This document shows, piece by piece, positions 1-11,500 of a stretch of DNA of 64,000 nucleotides. Source of the DNA: Vitrella brassicaformis CCMP3155 (lineage: Eukaryota; Protista; Chromerida); contig CDMY01000708.1 of assembly GCA_001179505.1 (NCBI GenBank), positions 124,001-188,000 of the forward strand. The letters are read 5' to 3'. The position numbers and the translations under genes were made by a program. The first letter of the stretch is position 1. Each line of letters starts with the position of its first letter. The notes below the pieces were generated by a model. That model was not told the origin of the DNA. It saw nothing but the letters and a program-made list of their open reading frames with translations, and did not search any database.

Positions 1-553
1 TGGGTGGGTGGGTGGGTGGAACACCCACTCGTAAGTGTGGTACTCCTTGTATGGCGTGATGTAGTCACTCCACTTGAGCGACCCCGAGGTAAGGCCTTTC
101 CACAGCTCGATGTCGGTCACTCTGAATGAGGCAAACGGACGGAGGGAGGGAGGGAGGGAGACGTGTGGGCTGGGCTGGGTTTGGGTTGGGGTGGTTGTGT
201 TGTGTTGTGTTGTTCTTCTCCTCCCTCGCGGCCTCCCTCCGCTGCTTACTTGACTTTTCTGAGCTGAACGGGAAAACAGCAGAAAGGGAGAGAGACCTCA
301 CACGTGCGACACGCATACCCATGTAGACAGAGACATGGACGGACCTGAATGCCGCCGATGACGTACCGGCCCACCTGTGGGACAAAACACAAACCGCCCG
401 ACGTATGTGGTACGTATGGATGTGTGTGTGTGTCAGGGGAGGGGCCCATACGTTTGCGAAGAACCATGAGGGCGACTGCTCAGTCTTGTTCATCTTGGAG
501 TCATACAAACCCACCTTCAGACCGGGGAGAGGCCCGGCCGCTAAACACGCTCA

Positions 554-586
<33 letters not shown>

Positions 587-1717
587 GGGCATACAAGGGG
601 TCATCCATCCGTCTCGCGCATCTCACGGATCTCACGTACGTTGCAGGTTCGTCCTGAGCTCCACGTTGTCGTTGGAAATCTGCCCCTCCTCATTGAAGGT
701 CAGGACGTACTTGAGGGACCTGCTCGAGCCGCTCTTGGGGGGGAAGTAGCCTTGCCACAGGTCCACACAGATGCACGTGGCCCCGCCCACACACACTCCC
801 GCCTTTCTGGCTTCACGCTCGATACCCTGTGTGGCCACACAGACAGACAGACAGACACACAGAGAGAGGAAGGGTTGAGGGCCTGCTTTGGCGGGCTTTG
901 GCCGCCTGCTGGCTGAGTGCCCACCTGCCCTCCTGTGAGAGGGTGATGATTATGTCTCCATCCAGGCCGTTCTTCAGCTTTGTCGGCGATGTGGTGTTGT
1001 CCGTGAGCGAGTGCGGATTCCCCAAACTTCATCGCATCGCATGACAGCGAAAGAAACGCAGAGGAGAGAGAGAGAGAGAGAGACACAGACAAAGAAGCCC
1101 TCTTCTGAATGGCTGCACGGCTGCGTGTGTAGACATACTTTGAGATGGGACAGATGGCGAAAGACGGTGCTTCCAGAGAGCGATACTGCACGAACCGGGT
1201 CTCTAGGTCGAGCCGGCCGCTTTGCAGATAGTAGACGACAAGCGTGATGATACCCCCAAGAATGATGGCCCACCTGAAGAAAGACCACAAACGCAAAAGT
1301 GGTGGTGCCCCCCCGTCTACCCCGATGAGAGGAAGAGTCACTCACAGAAGTACCAGCATCACACGCGCACAAAACTCCGCCTTCTTCGCTCTTCGAGAGG
1401 CCCCAAACGTGCAGCCTGCAGTGCATCGCAATCGCATGCCAAACACACAATCCCCTCCCGCTCTCTCAATGACGAGTCTCGCATTGCAAAGTTGACTCAC
1501 TCTGTACGAGCTGTTCGGCGAGTCTTTGCCAGAAGCCACGGGCAGCAGCAGACGCTCTCTCCCCGATGCCGCTCTGCCTCTGCTCAGACCGGCGGCTCCC
1601 GGCGGGCAGCAGAGGGGCCTCCAGCCCCTCATCAGGGGGCTCACCCGCAGATTGTGCAGCTGCCGCCGCAGGTGTCGCTGTAGGACGCAATCGCACTTCC
1701 TCTTCGTCACCAGACAT
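1..1717 (-). CDS. Multi-exon membrane protein, 3' end outside the window; TM1 followed by a DEG/ENaC-like 'PxFxICP' motif; function unknown
   Basis: ATG at 1717 (MSGDEEEVRLRP). Splicing exons ~1717-1501, ~1415-1345 and ~1274-1139 gives FCARVMLVLLWAIILGGIITLVVYYLQSGRLDLETRFVQYRSLEAPSFAICP. Further coding-like exons read TCICVDLWQGYFPP...LRTNLQ and LKVGLYDSKMNKTEQSPSWFFANV. Downstream exon phases are not fully resolved. Confidence 0.6.
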
Positions 1718-2048
1718 CTTATCCAATGTTTTGCAAGCTCGCGCGACAAAACGGGTCAACTTAGCCGCTTGTCTTCAGGTGGCGGCCTGCCTATTTCGCC
1801 CTGTTGAGTGACGCAACGGGGTAGATCTCTCGCCGGAGAGGGTCGGCTCACACACGTGTGAGGGGCTGTGGGGATCCATTGGCTGCCGAGGAGGCGTCAA
1901 GACTGACAGGTGAGGGCTGGGGGAGGGGCGGGCGGGCGGACGAGATGACGATGTGGGCAGGCAGGTGCGTCATGGGAATCTAATCTGCCTCTGTGTGCGC
2001 CTGCTCTGTACTGGCCATGGTCTCTCTGTGCACTGTGTGCGTGTCAGG

Positions 2049-4321
2049 ATGGCCTGGAAGTCGTCGAGCAGTGTGGTGTCGGGCGGCAAGGGCAAGGGCA
2101 AGGGCAAGAAAGCTGCAGGTGCGTCGTCTTCGGTTTCTGCAAATGACTACGAAGTGAGACAAACAGTCAGACAGGAACACGCACACCACTGCACGCCCCG
2201 TGTCTACCATGCTGCTGTGCATCCGGGGGCCACGAGCAGGCTCTCGCAGGTCATCACATTTCTTGCCTCTCCCTGTGGCGTCTGTGCATCAGGCCGCCTC
2301 CACTGCGGGTGCTTCATCGACCCGGGCGCCGACCGGCAGTGGTGCTGGCGACGATCTCGACAACATGACCCATGTGGTGAGGAGAACACCACACACGCAC
2401 AGACGGCTGCCCATGGATAGACCATCCTCCGGTGTGGTGTGGTGTGATGGTGTGTGTCAGGGTGGAGCGACTCAGGTGTCTGGTTCGACGGACGAACAAA
2501 TGACACTCAGCCGTACGCCATGACACACACGCATGCGCACATGGATGGGGACCAGCACACAAATACTGGGTTGGTGGTGCAGGTCGTCATGGTCAGGGAG
2601 GGGCCGGGAGTGTCGCGTCGGGGTCTGTCAGCGAGAGGATGGCGCTCGACGGTAAGGAGGTCTGCACTCACGCTCACCCACGCCACCAAACGGACCACTG
2701 TTGGTGGTGTTTTCTTTTGCCGCTGCAGACCGTTTCGCCGCTGCCCGCAGCGAGGTGATGCCCCTCAACGGTATGCCGATGCACACATTCACGGCACAAC
2801 GCGATCCACTGCATGGGGATGCTATCCGTGTTTGCGCCTGCAGATCGCCTCGGCCGGAAGCGGCAGGCTCGCAATGGTGCTGCTGGTGGCCGTGTGGGTG
2901 GCGATCCGTCTGACGATGAGGGCGGCTCGAGCGATGACCAGGGCAGCAGCGATGACGACGACGACGAAAACGACGAGGACTACAACCCGCCCGATGGTCA
3001 GCCACACACACACACACACAGAGAGGGAGAAAGAGAGAGAGAGAGAGAGAGAGAGCGTCGAGCACATCTCTGGTGTGCTTTCCTGTTGCAGACAATGATG
3101 ATGACAACGAGGATGAGGACGATGAGCCCGAGAGCTCGGGTACGCATACACACCCACATGCCCACACACATGCCGATGACACGACGCAGATGCTGCTGCT
3201 GTGTGTGCTGGATGTGTGTGTGTGTGTGTGTGTCAGGGAGTGGTGGTGACCATCTGAGCGACTCGACCTTCAAGCAGCCCCAGGCGACCGGCAAGCCGGC
3301 ACGGCCGGCAACCTCCATCCATCAGTCGACCGTCCGAGGCGTGCGCTTCGACGACAAGAACCAGCGGTGGGTTGCCAATCTCAAGGAGGGCGGCAACTGG
3401 ACCAAGAAGCACTTCGCCGTGAGCCTGTTTGGCCACGACGAGGCCAAGGCCGAGGCAGAGGAGTGTCGCCTGCAGAACGAGCACAACAACGAGGAGGCTG
3501 GCCGTCCCATCAAGAGTCCCAACAAGAGCGACGTCCCGGGTGTGTACCGCGACGACAAGCAAGGCCGTTGGGTCGCGGTATGGCGCGAGAACGGCAAGCA
3601 GAAGAAGGATTATTTCTCGGTGGCCAAGTTGGGCGAGGAGGGCGCCAGGCGGGAGGCCATCAAGCGGCGGGAGCTGGTGGAGAAGATCTGGCCGGATCAG
3701 CGCAAGGTACGCAAGTGCACGAAATGCAATGTGTGTGGCTCGTCATGCTCATTGGGTCTGTGTGTTCAGTCCCTCTCTGCTCAGACTGCCTGCACTCTCA
3801 GTCGCGAGCACAAGAAGCTCATCGACCAGCTGCCCGCCAAGGTCAAGGGCGTCTACTTTCACCGGGTCCCCGGCTACAACGCCTGGATAGCACACTGGAG
3901 CGTGGGCGGGAAGCAGCGGTCCAAGAACTTCGCCTTCAGCACACACGACGACATCGAGAAGGCCTACGAGAGGGCCGTCGCGTGCCGCAAGGAGAAGGAG
4001 GCGAGCGGTGCGGCGAGCATCCAGCAGCCAGTCGAGAGGCAGAGCGGCCTAACGGGTGTGAGCTGGCGCAAGAAGAGCAAGGCATGGGTGGCCAGCTGGT
4101 ACAATGTGTCTGGCAAGCAACAGAAGCGCGACTTCCGTGTGTCTGCATATAAGGATGACTGTGAGGCCAAGGCAGCTGCGATTCACTGGCGGGACACGAT
4201 GGTCGAGCAGACAGAGAGAGAGAAGCAGGACAGGATAGCTGAGCGGGCAGACAGGCAGATGTCACGGAAGCGGCCCGTGGATGCATCCGAGGGCCGCCGC
4301 CTGCGACGGAAGAGAGAATAG
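2049..4321 (+). CDS. ApiAP2-type transcription factor with four tandem AP2 domains and an acidic low-complexity N-terminus
   Basis: ATG 2049 (MAWKSSSSVVSGGKGKGK), after a probable 5'UTR intron. Four AP2 motifs in 3330-4200: VRGVRFDDKNQRWVA..KHFAVSLFG, VPGVYRDDKQGRWVAVW..FSVAKLG, VKGVYFHRVPGYNAWIAHW..KNF, LTGVSWRKKSKAWVASW..RDF. TAG at 4319-4321. Probable in-frame intron at 3707-3784. Confidence 0.9.
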
Positions 4322-4539
4322 CCAAGGGGCATCTCAGTCAGTCTGCTGTCGGGCGAAAGGGCTCTGTCGCGTCTGTGCATGTGCGTACATTTTTGGTGGA
4401 CGATCGACTCAGCGGCTGGTCGATGGGTGGGTGGGTGGGTGGTTTAAGTATGTGGGGCAAGTTTTTGTGTATCGCTTGGGGTCCAGTGGATTTGTGTTGT
4501 CATGTGGATGGTGTGGTGTGTGCGTATCGTAGTGCTGAC

Positions 4540-5270
4540 ACACATACATACATACAGGGAGGGAGGGAGGGGATTTGCTGCGTTGTCTTTTTTCTTCATA
4601 TCTTTATGCATGTGACGCTGGCCGTCTGTCCGTCTGACGCACCCCACCCCATCCCACCATGGCAAGCCTGTTTTTGACGCTGCTGGCCTTCCAGTCGACT
4701 GTCCAGTGCTGGTGGTGAGTGTGTGTGTGCCGTGCCAACCCATGGTGCAGCAATCAGAAGTACATGCGTGTGGTGATCGATCATGATGAGAGCGTATCTA
4801 TCTAGCGGCTCATGTGTATGTGTAGGAGGGGGGGCAGACAGAGAGAGGCGGATGCTGTTCTTGTTGCAGCACAGGCAAACACATCACGGGCGACTCACAT
4901 GGCGCCGAACTTTCGACTCACTCGTGTCTGTCTTGTGTTGTGCTTGCTTCGTGGGCTACTTGTCTGTCGGCTGAGTGTCTTCCCCTCCACACGTCACCAC
5001 ACCTTACCCCTTCTCACCTCACCATGTTGCATCGCTGAGCATACATACAAACAGGGAGGGAGGGAGGGAGGAGCATGGTGTGTTGTCTTTCTTCCTTCGA
5101 TCTGTATGCATGTGACGCTGGCCGCCTGTGCCTCTGACGCACCCCACCATGCCCAGCCTGCTTGGGTCCGAGTCGACTGTGCAGTGGTGGTGGTGAGCAT
5201 GTACTTGTCTACCTGCGCGTGGCGTGCCAATCGGCGGCGCATACGATCATAGAGTCGCAATCGATCATGG
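4540..5270. repeat. Diverged direct repeat, two ~240 bp copies (~4540-4790 and ~5040-5270)
   Basis: Both copies share ordered blocks: catacata..cagggagggaggga..gttgtcttt..tatgcatgtgacgctggccg..ctgacgcaccccacc..agcctg..agtcgactgt..tggtggtgag..gtgccaa..tcgatcatg. Confidence 0.75.
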
Positions 5271-6154
5271 CGTGCCTTTCTGCTATCTGTGCGGCGTGCG
5301 TGCGTGCTGCTTGTCTGTCTGTCTGTCTGTCTGCCTGTCTGATCGCGGCACAAGGGACGGAGAGCGAGGCACCGACTACTCTTTCAGTGTGTGTGTACGT
5401 GTGTATGTGTGTGAGTGAGACCCACGTGCACATGTGTCTTTTGCAGTCAGGGCGGGTGGGTGTACGTACGTTCGTACTTTTCATATATACGTCTGTCTGC
5501 TCTCCTGTGTGTGTCAGAGCGCTTCCCTTCGTAGCCATTCATACGCTATATGGTTCTCTCCTCCTTGTCAGTAGGCTATAGAGATATGACGTCGAAATGG
5601 CATGTCTGTTGAGAAGCCGATTACACGTGCTGCATACACACACGTACACACATGAGGGCAATTTTCTGTGTGTGGTGGGCGGCATGGTGGGTTTGTATCA
5701 CGGTGTGTGGTGCGGTGTGGCCATGGTGTTGTGTGGCGAACACAGAGAGACGTCGTGAGCAGCGCGACTTTGTCTGTCTGTCTGTCTGTCTGTCTGCTTG
5801 GCTGTTTGTGTGCATGGTGGCATTTTTCCCGCTTTGCAAGGCATCTACCGAGTGAGTGGCGAATCCACACATTGACACATGAGTGGGGCGGGCTGCAATG
5901 CGTGTGATGCGTGTGTGTGGTTTGGTATGTGCCCGCTTTCACACGCACAATTCAGTCAAAGCCACCGTATGCGTGTTTCGATCTGTGCGCGTACGTGAGA
6001 TGAACGGGTGGACGATGGGTTCATTCAACCGAAAAAGCTGATCAGTCTATGCAGGTCTATCTAGCGCATCAACCACATAAATAAAGGCACACGTGCAGCC
6101 ATCAACCACATGGCAAAATGCACGCCACGCCGCCCACGCCCTCTCTCTACCTGT

Positions 6155-8270
6155 CTACGTCCGCATGGCGGCGTCTGTGGTGACAGTGTGTTCGATGACG
6201 GCCGACTGGCTGTGTGGGATGCACTGGTAGTAAGCCGTGGTCGTGTCACTGTCGAAGGCCACCACGTTGACAAAGGGGATCCGCTCCTTCAGAATGCTCT
6301 TCATCACCTCTTGAGCTGGCACACATGACACACAGCCATGACACATCCATGAGTCCGTTGCCTAAATGACCACCTTGCTTGATGTGTGCACTCACCTACG
6401 AGCCCGCCAACCACTGCGGCCACGCTGATGAGAGGAATGCCAAACGCACGATACACACGCCTGACAGACAACGGGAAACAAGGCACACACACCACACACA
6501 TCCGGGTGATCAAATCACGGGCATCCATCTCTCGTCCCGCGACACTGCATTTGCTCACCGCAGGAGGTCATCGTCAACGTCCTTGCCACCCTCCTGCACT
6601 CACACACAGAAAGAACCGACGGACGCAGTCCAGTGATCGACCAAGCTACGGGGCCTCACCTCCCGCAGCGTCTCTTTCGCAAAGGCCACGAAATTGTCAC
6701 ACTCGGCGACCCTTGTCGACGCGTTGCCAATCTCGCCTCGCTGCATGAACACCACAGAGGGCAACCAGAAGGTGGGTGAACAGATCTTTTGAAAGTGCGT
6801 CTGTTAGTCGAACTAGGCATCCCACGGACCTCTCTGTTGTGTGTGCCGTGGGTGGCTTGCCAACGCGCCAGGACTAGACACACCACGCAAGCAGCACATG
6901 CATAGGATGGAACTCAAAGGGCGGACATACGCAGATAGGCGGGGAAGAGGGACGAGCTTCGACGCTTCAGCGAGCCCTGACGACACACAGAGAGAAGAGG
7001 AGAGAGGCAGGGAGTCCACTCACTACGCTGAGGGTTCGGACCTGACACATGTGCTACCGACGTACTACCGACGTACCAGTTTGCACTTGATGGTGTGGGC
7101 AATGGGTGGGAAGTTGGCTGTGGCCGTGTTGGTCTTGTCGGTCTTCTTGGGTTTCTCTGACTCGTCGAAGGTCGTCACCTTCTCACTGCATCAAGTACAC
7201 ACACGCGCAAGGGTGCGCTCCGCTCTCTAATGGATGTTTGTTGCGTGTGGCGGTGCGTGTGTACATGAAGAGGGTCTTGAGATCGAACACGAAGAAGGCC
7301 AGCTTGCCGCAGCACAGCGTGGCAAAGAAACCCTGACACAAGGCAAGGACACGCACCATCAATGGTCTCTGCCTCGACTGGCCGTGTAGTGTATGCACCT
7401 TGTCGAACTGCCGACATGCCTCATCTAGCGGCACCTGACCACCCAATGACAGAGAGAGCGAATCGATGGTAGCGGCGGATTGTCGACCAGTGAGTGAGGC
7501 TGACTGACCAGCGCCTGCAGTGCAACCAGCTCGTTGGCGACACACACGATGGTGTAGGGCTCGAGGAACTTCTGCCAGTCGACCGCCGGCCCGTCCTCAA
7601 ACAGACACCACGGAGAATCATCGCAGCCTGCACCTGCACGCAAATAAGCCGGCGGAATGCGATGGATACGCGTGTGTGTAGCGAGTGCGTGCGTACCTCG
7701 ATAGAGGGCCACGGTGCTCAGCGGGTTGAGCTCCTGCAGCCGCGGCTGCGATGCCACGTCCAACTGTCAGTCAGAGTACCCGATAGTGAGCGCTTCGTCC
7801 ATCTTGACCACATGCACGTGGTGCCCACCTACCCTTTTCTGCTGGTTGATGTCGTCTTGGCGCAGGAAGTAATTGTAGCCCAGGTCTTCTTCCTGAGCGG
7901 CACGGTTGTCCCACAGAGTCACCTTGACGCCTAAATGCGGCACACGGCAGCAGGCAGCCAGGCAGGCAGGCAGGCAGGCAGGCAAGCACTTAATCGGGTA
8001 TGTGTCGTCACGTGCAATCTGGTCAGTGCGGGTGGTACCTGCGAGTATGAGGTTCTTGCATGCTTCGAGATTGACGGCCGTCAAGCCTATCACCAACAGA
8101 TGGGACTCCTTGATCCTTATATAGACAACACAAACACAGCAGAGCACCGACAGACTGTTAACTGAGTGCCAATCGTGCGGATGAGTGAAGTGGCACCTCT
8201 GCTGGCCTCCAACACCCCATAACCGGAGCTGTCGGTCGTAGATCTTGGTCTCGTGCTCCGACAACGCCAT
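6155..8270 (-). CDS. SAE1: SUMO-activating enzyme E1 subunit 1 (Aos1/SAE1, ThiF family), multi-exon
   Basis: N-terminus MALSEHETKIYDRQLRLWGVGGQQR|IKESHLLVIGLTAVNLEACKNLILAG|VKVTLWD..DLGYNYFL; middle PRLQELNP; C-terminus ISVAAVVGGLV|AQEVMKSILKERIPFVNVVAFD. These match the Aos1 signatures YDRQIRLWG, EIAKNLVLAG and AVVGGILAQE. Confidence 0.88.
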
Positions 8271-8557
8271 TCCGGATGCGTGGAGCGACGAAGAGTTATC
8301 CAACTTGCTTTTTTCCGCTTGGTATCGAGGATGTGCTGAAGCAGCTTCCTCAGAGCCGCTGGGGAGGAGGGAACAGGCCAGTTTCGTCGAGAGGAAGGCG
8401 ATCGACCTCTGATCGACCTTGGTGGCGAAGCAGAAGAAGGGGAAATCACAGCGAGCAAATGCGCTCGCCTTGCTTGGCTGCTTGTCACGATGAAAGAAGA
8501 ACGACTTGGTGCGGCGCCGAGCCCATTTGATTGCTTCTGCTGACGACGGTGTGACGA

Positions 8558-11500
8558 ATGGAGCACATCTTATCACGTTTGATACTCTCTTATGCGTCAC
8601 GGTACCTTCACCGAGACTTCACCACCGACAAAATCTCACTGTAAGCTTCAATCGCACACAATGAGAGACGGACACGGGACCGGTGGGTGTTCTGGCGGCT
8701 GCTGTTTGTGCAGATGGGAGGGCAACATCGTCCTCAATCAGTTGGAGCTGAAGCTCGACGTGCTTGCCGATGCAATCGGTGTGCCGCCCTACCTTGAGTG
8801 AGTCAGCACAGTCACACCCGGTCACTTGATGGTGATTGTCTGGTGATTGTCTGGTGTTTGATTGCTTGATTGGGTCAGGCTGGCTCGGGGAGTCATCAGG
8901 GAGCTGCGGATCAGCATTCCCTGGAACGCCATCCGCGCAGAGAGCGTCAAGATCTCGTTCGACCTCATTGAGATCGTCGTCACACGGCGGAAGGAGCCCC
9001 TGCAGCAAGAGAGGAAAGAACGCAAAGTCGAGAACATCACTCCTGTGAAAGCTCCGCCAGGTAGTCAAGAGGCAGGCGTGACGCCGTCTACTTAACTCCC
9101 TCGTATGTTCGTCATTGCTTGAGTGCAGACACCTCGAGCGCTGCTGCGAAGGAGAAGGGTGTGGGATCTGGCAAGGGCCGCGGCAAAAAAGGCTGGCTGC
9201 GGCCGCTGCTGACGGCTGTGGTAGCTAATGCTGTGGTGGAGGTGAAGAACCTGGTCATCCGCTACGTGCAGGACGAGGTGGTCGCATCACTCACAGTTGG
9301 AGGTGAGTGGAGGTGAGCGAGCGAGATCGAGGACGGAGGGCACTAGAGAAATATCAGGCTGCCTGATGTCGTGTCCGTTGTTTAGAGCTCAAGTGGTATC
9401 CAACGAGCCCTGCCCCGGAGTGGAAGAGGGGCTTCACGTTCCCGCAAGGGCCGCAACAAGTCATGCACAGAGGTACGTACACAGGTGCACGCCGGCCGAC
9501 CAAGCTTGGGAAGCAGTGAGCGTTTGTGAAAGGTTTGCTGTTGCAGTGTTGGAGATAACGGACCTCAGCATCTCTCTCGACCCGCGATCGAAGCCCGAAC
9601 GAGGAGGTGCCAACGAGCCTCCGACACGGCCGCCGCCCTCCCAGTCAGGCGCAGCTTCTCCTCCGTCAGCGGCGTTGCCCTCCTTGTCATCTCAGTCATC
9701 TTTTCTGTCAGTGGTCAGCGCTCCGCCAAAGCCGCTGGCCCCTCCCGCAACTACAGGTTTTCAGCCGCTGCCGGCTCAGCGGATGGTGGGCTTGCCTGGT
9801 GCATCGAGACCCAGAAAGGCGAGAGCGAGGGCTGAGAGACCCATCCTGCACAGGTGGAGATTCAGAGTATCGACGGCATTTCCCTTGACGCCGGTCGACC
9901 CTGAGCTGCAGGACGCCAACGTGCAGGCATCTGTGCAGCCAAGTGAGTGGGAGCCATATGAAGCTGTCACCTGCTCCTGTCGCCATGGTCTGCTTTAGAG
10001 TTCTCGACGGAGCCCTTCAATATTGCGGCGGAGATGGTGAGCGAGTCAACAGAGGGCTCTCCGTCCGTTGCTGGATTGATATGTGTCTGCATTGCAAATA
10101 TGTTTTATGTCAGGCAGAAATGCGGCTGCGGTTGAGCGACACCCAAGTGCGGAGCGTCTTACGGATCCTTAGGCAGCCCACTGTTTTGCCCAAGGCCCTT
10201 AGTGAGCCCCATGGTAAGCACCATATCCCACCACCGGTTGTCTGAATAACATCATCGCGATGGTCTTGCCTGCAGGGGTTCCTGAGAGCCGCCTGTCGGT
10301 CGCTTCGTCTGACCAGGAGTCGCCAGCGACGCCTGCCCTCCCCCGTGTGACCTCAGAACCACTGCCGCAAGCCAGAAGCAGTCTGGGTGTGTCTTCTCGG
10401 CTGAACCCCTTCTCCTGGGGCAAGACAAGACAAGAAGAGGTGACGGTGGCCGTCGAGCGGTCCCCTCCTAGCACGGAGGAGCCAGAGGGCGGCCACGCCG
10501 ATGACTCCTCGAAGGAGAATGAGCAGAAGGCGGCGAGAGGCAGGACCTGGTGGGAGTGGCTGGTTGGGGATGAGAGTGAAGCGGAGAACGAGCCAGATAA
10601 TGACGTTGTGCGCCAAGATGACGTACCGTTGGCAATGAATGACGAGGCCATGTCCAGCGTCGCATCAACTGCAGATACCAGCCAGGCAGCGGCTGACTTG
10701 GATGAGTTCGACGAGACCCACCTGCTTGAGGAGCTGGCGTCACTCAAACGGTCATCATCCGACATCCGCATCTCTTTCACGCTGCCGGAGGTCAGCGTCG
10801 CGGTCGAGCATTACATCATCAGCAAGCGACGCCAGCGGTTCCAGCCAGCGTCGGGTGCCTCTTACTCGCTCATCACCGACGCCATTCCCGAGGGAGGCGA
10901 GCCATCCGAGGGCAGCGCAACAGGACAGGGCGAGGAGCCAACAGCTGCCAACGTCAGCCCCGCCGTCCTCAGCCCTCTATTGACACACCGACAGATCGAC
11001 GACGTGCCCGTGGATGCCGGCGAGGCGTTTCATCGTGCCTCGTCATTGCCCATCATACCACCCCTTACCGCTGAACAAGCCCGAGCCGTGAGCGTGGAGA
11101 GCGTCAGCCGCCCGATGCCCTCTCAGCCCGCGCCGCGATCGCCTGAGGACACAGACAGAAGGCCCAGGCCGACGCACTTGTCGGAGAGGATGGATGTTAG
11201 CGGCCGCTCACTGTCTGCCGAAGGGGGCGCCACGCTGGCCAGTGCGGTATCAGTTGTTTGCGAGGACATTGTCTGCAACGTGCGGATGCCTCCACCATTT
11301 GCAGGTCAGAACGAGTGAACCAAGTGGGGCAGTCGATCGATGAATTGTTCTTTCTGTTTTTGTCTTCTGTGGTCAGGTGTGCATGAGGTGGCGTTGGAGG
11401 TCGGCCGGATGTACGGCACTGAGTTCACCGCTGAGCGGCGGCAAACACTCGTTGTCCCCGTCGCCCAGCGCGCCACCAGTGAAAGGAACAGCGAGAGGGT

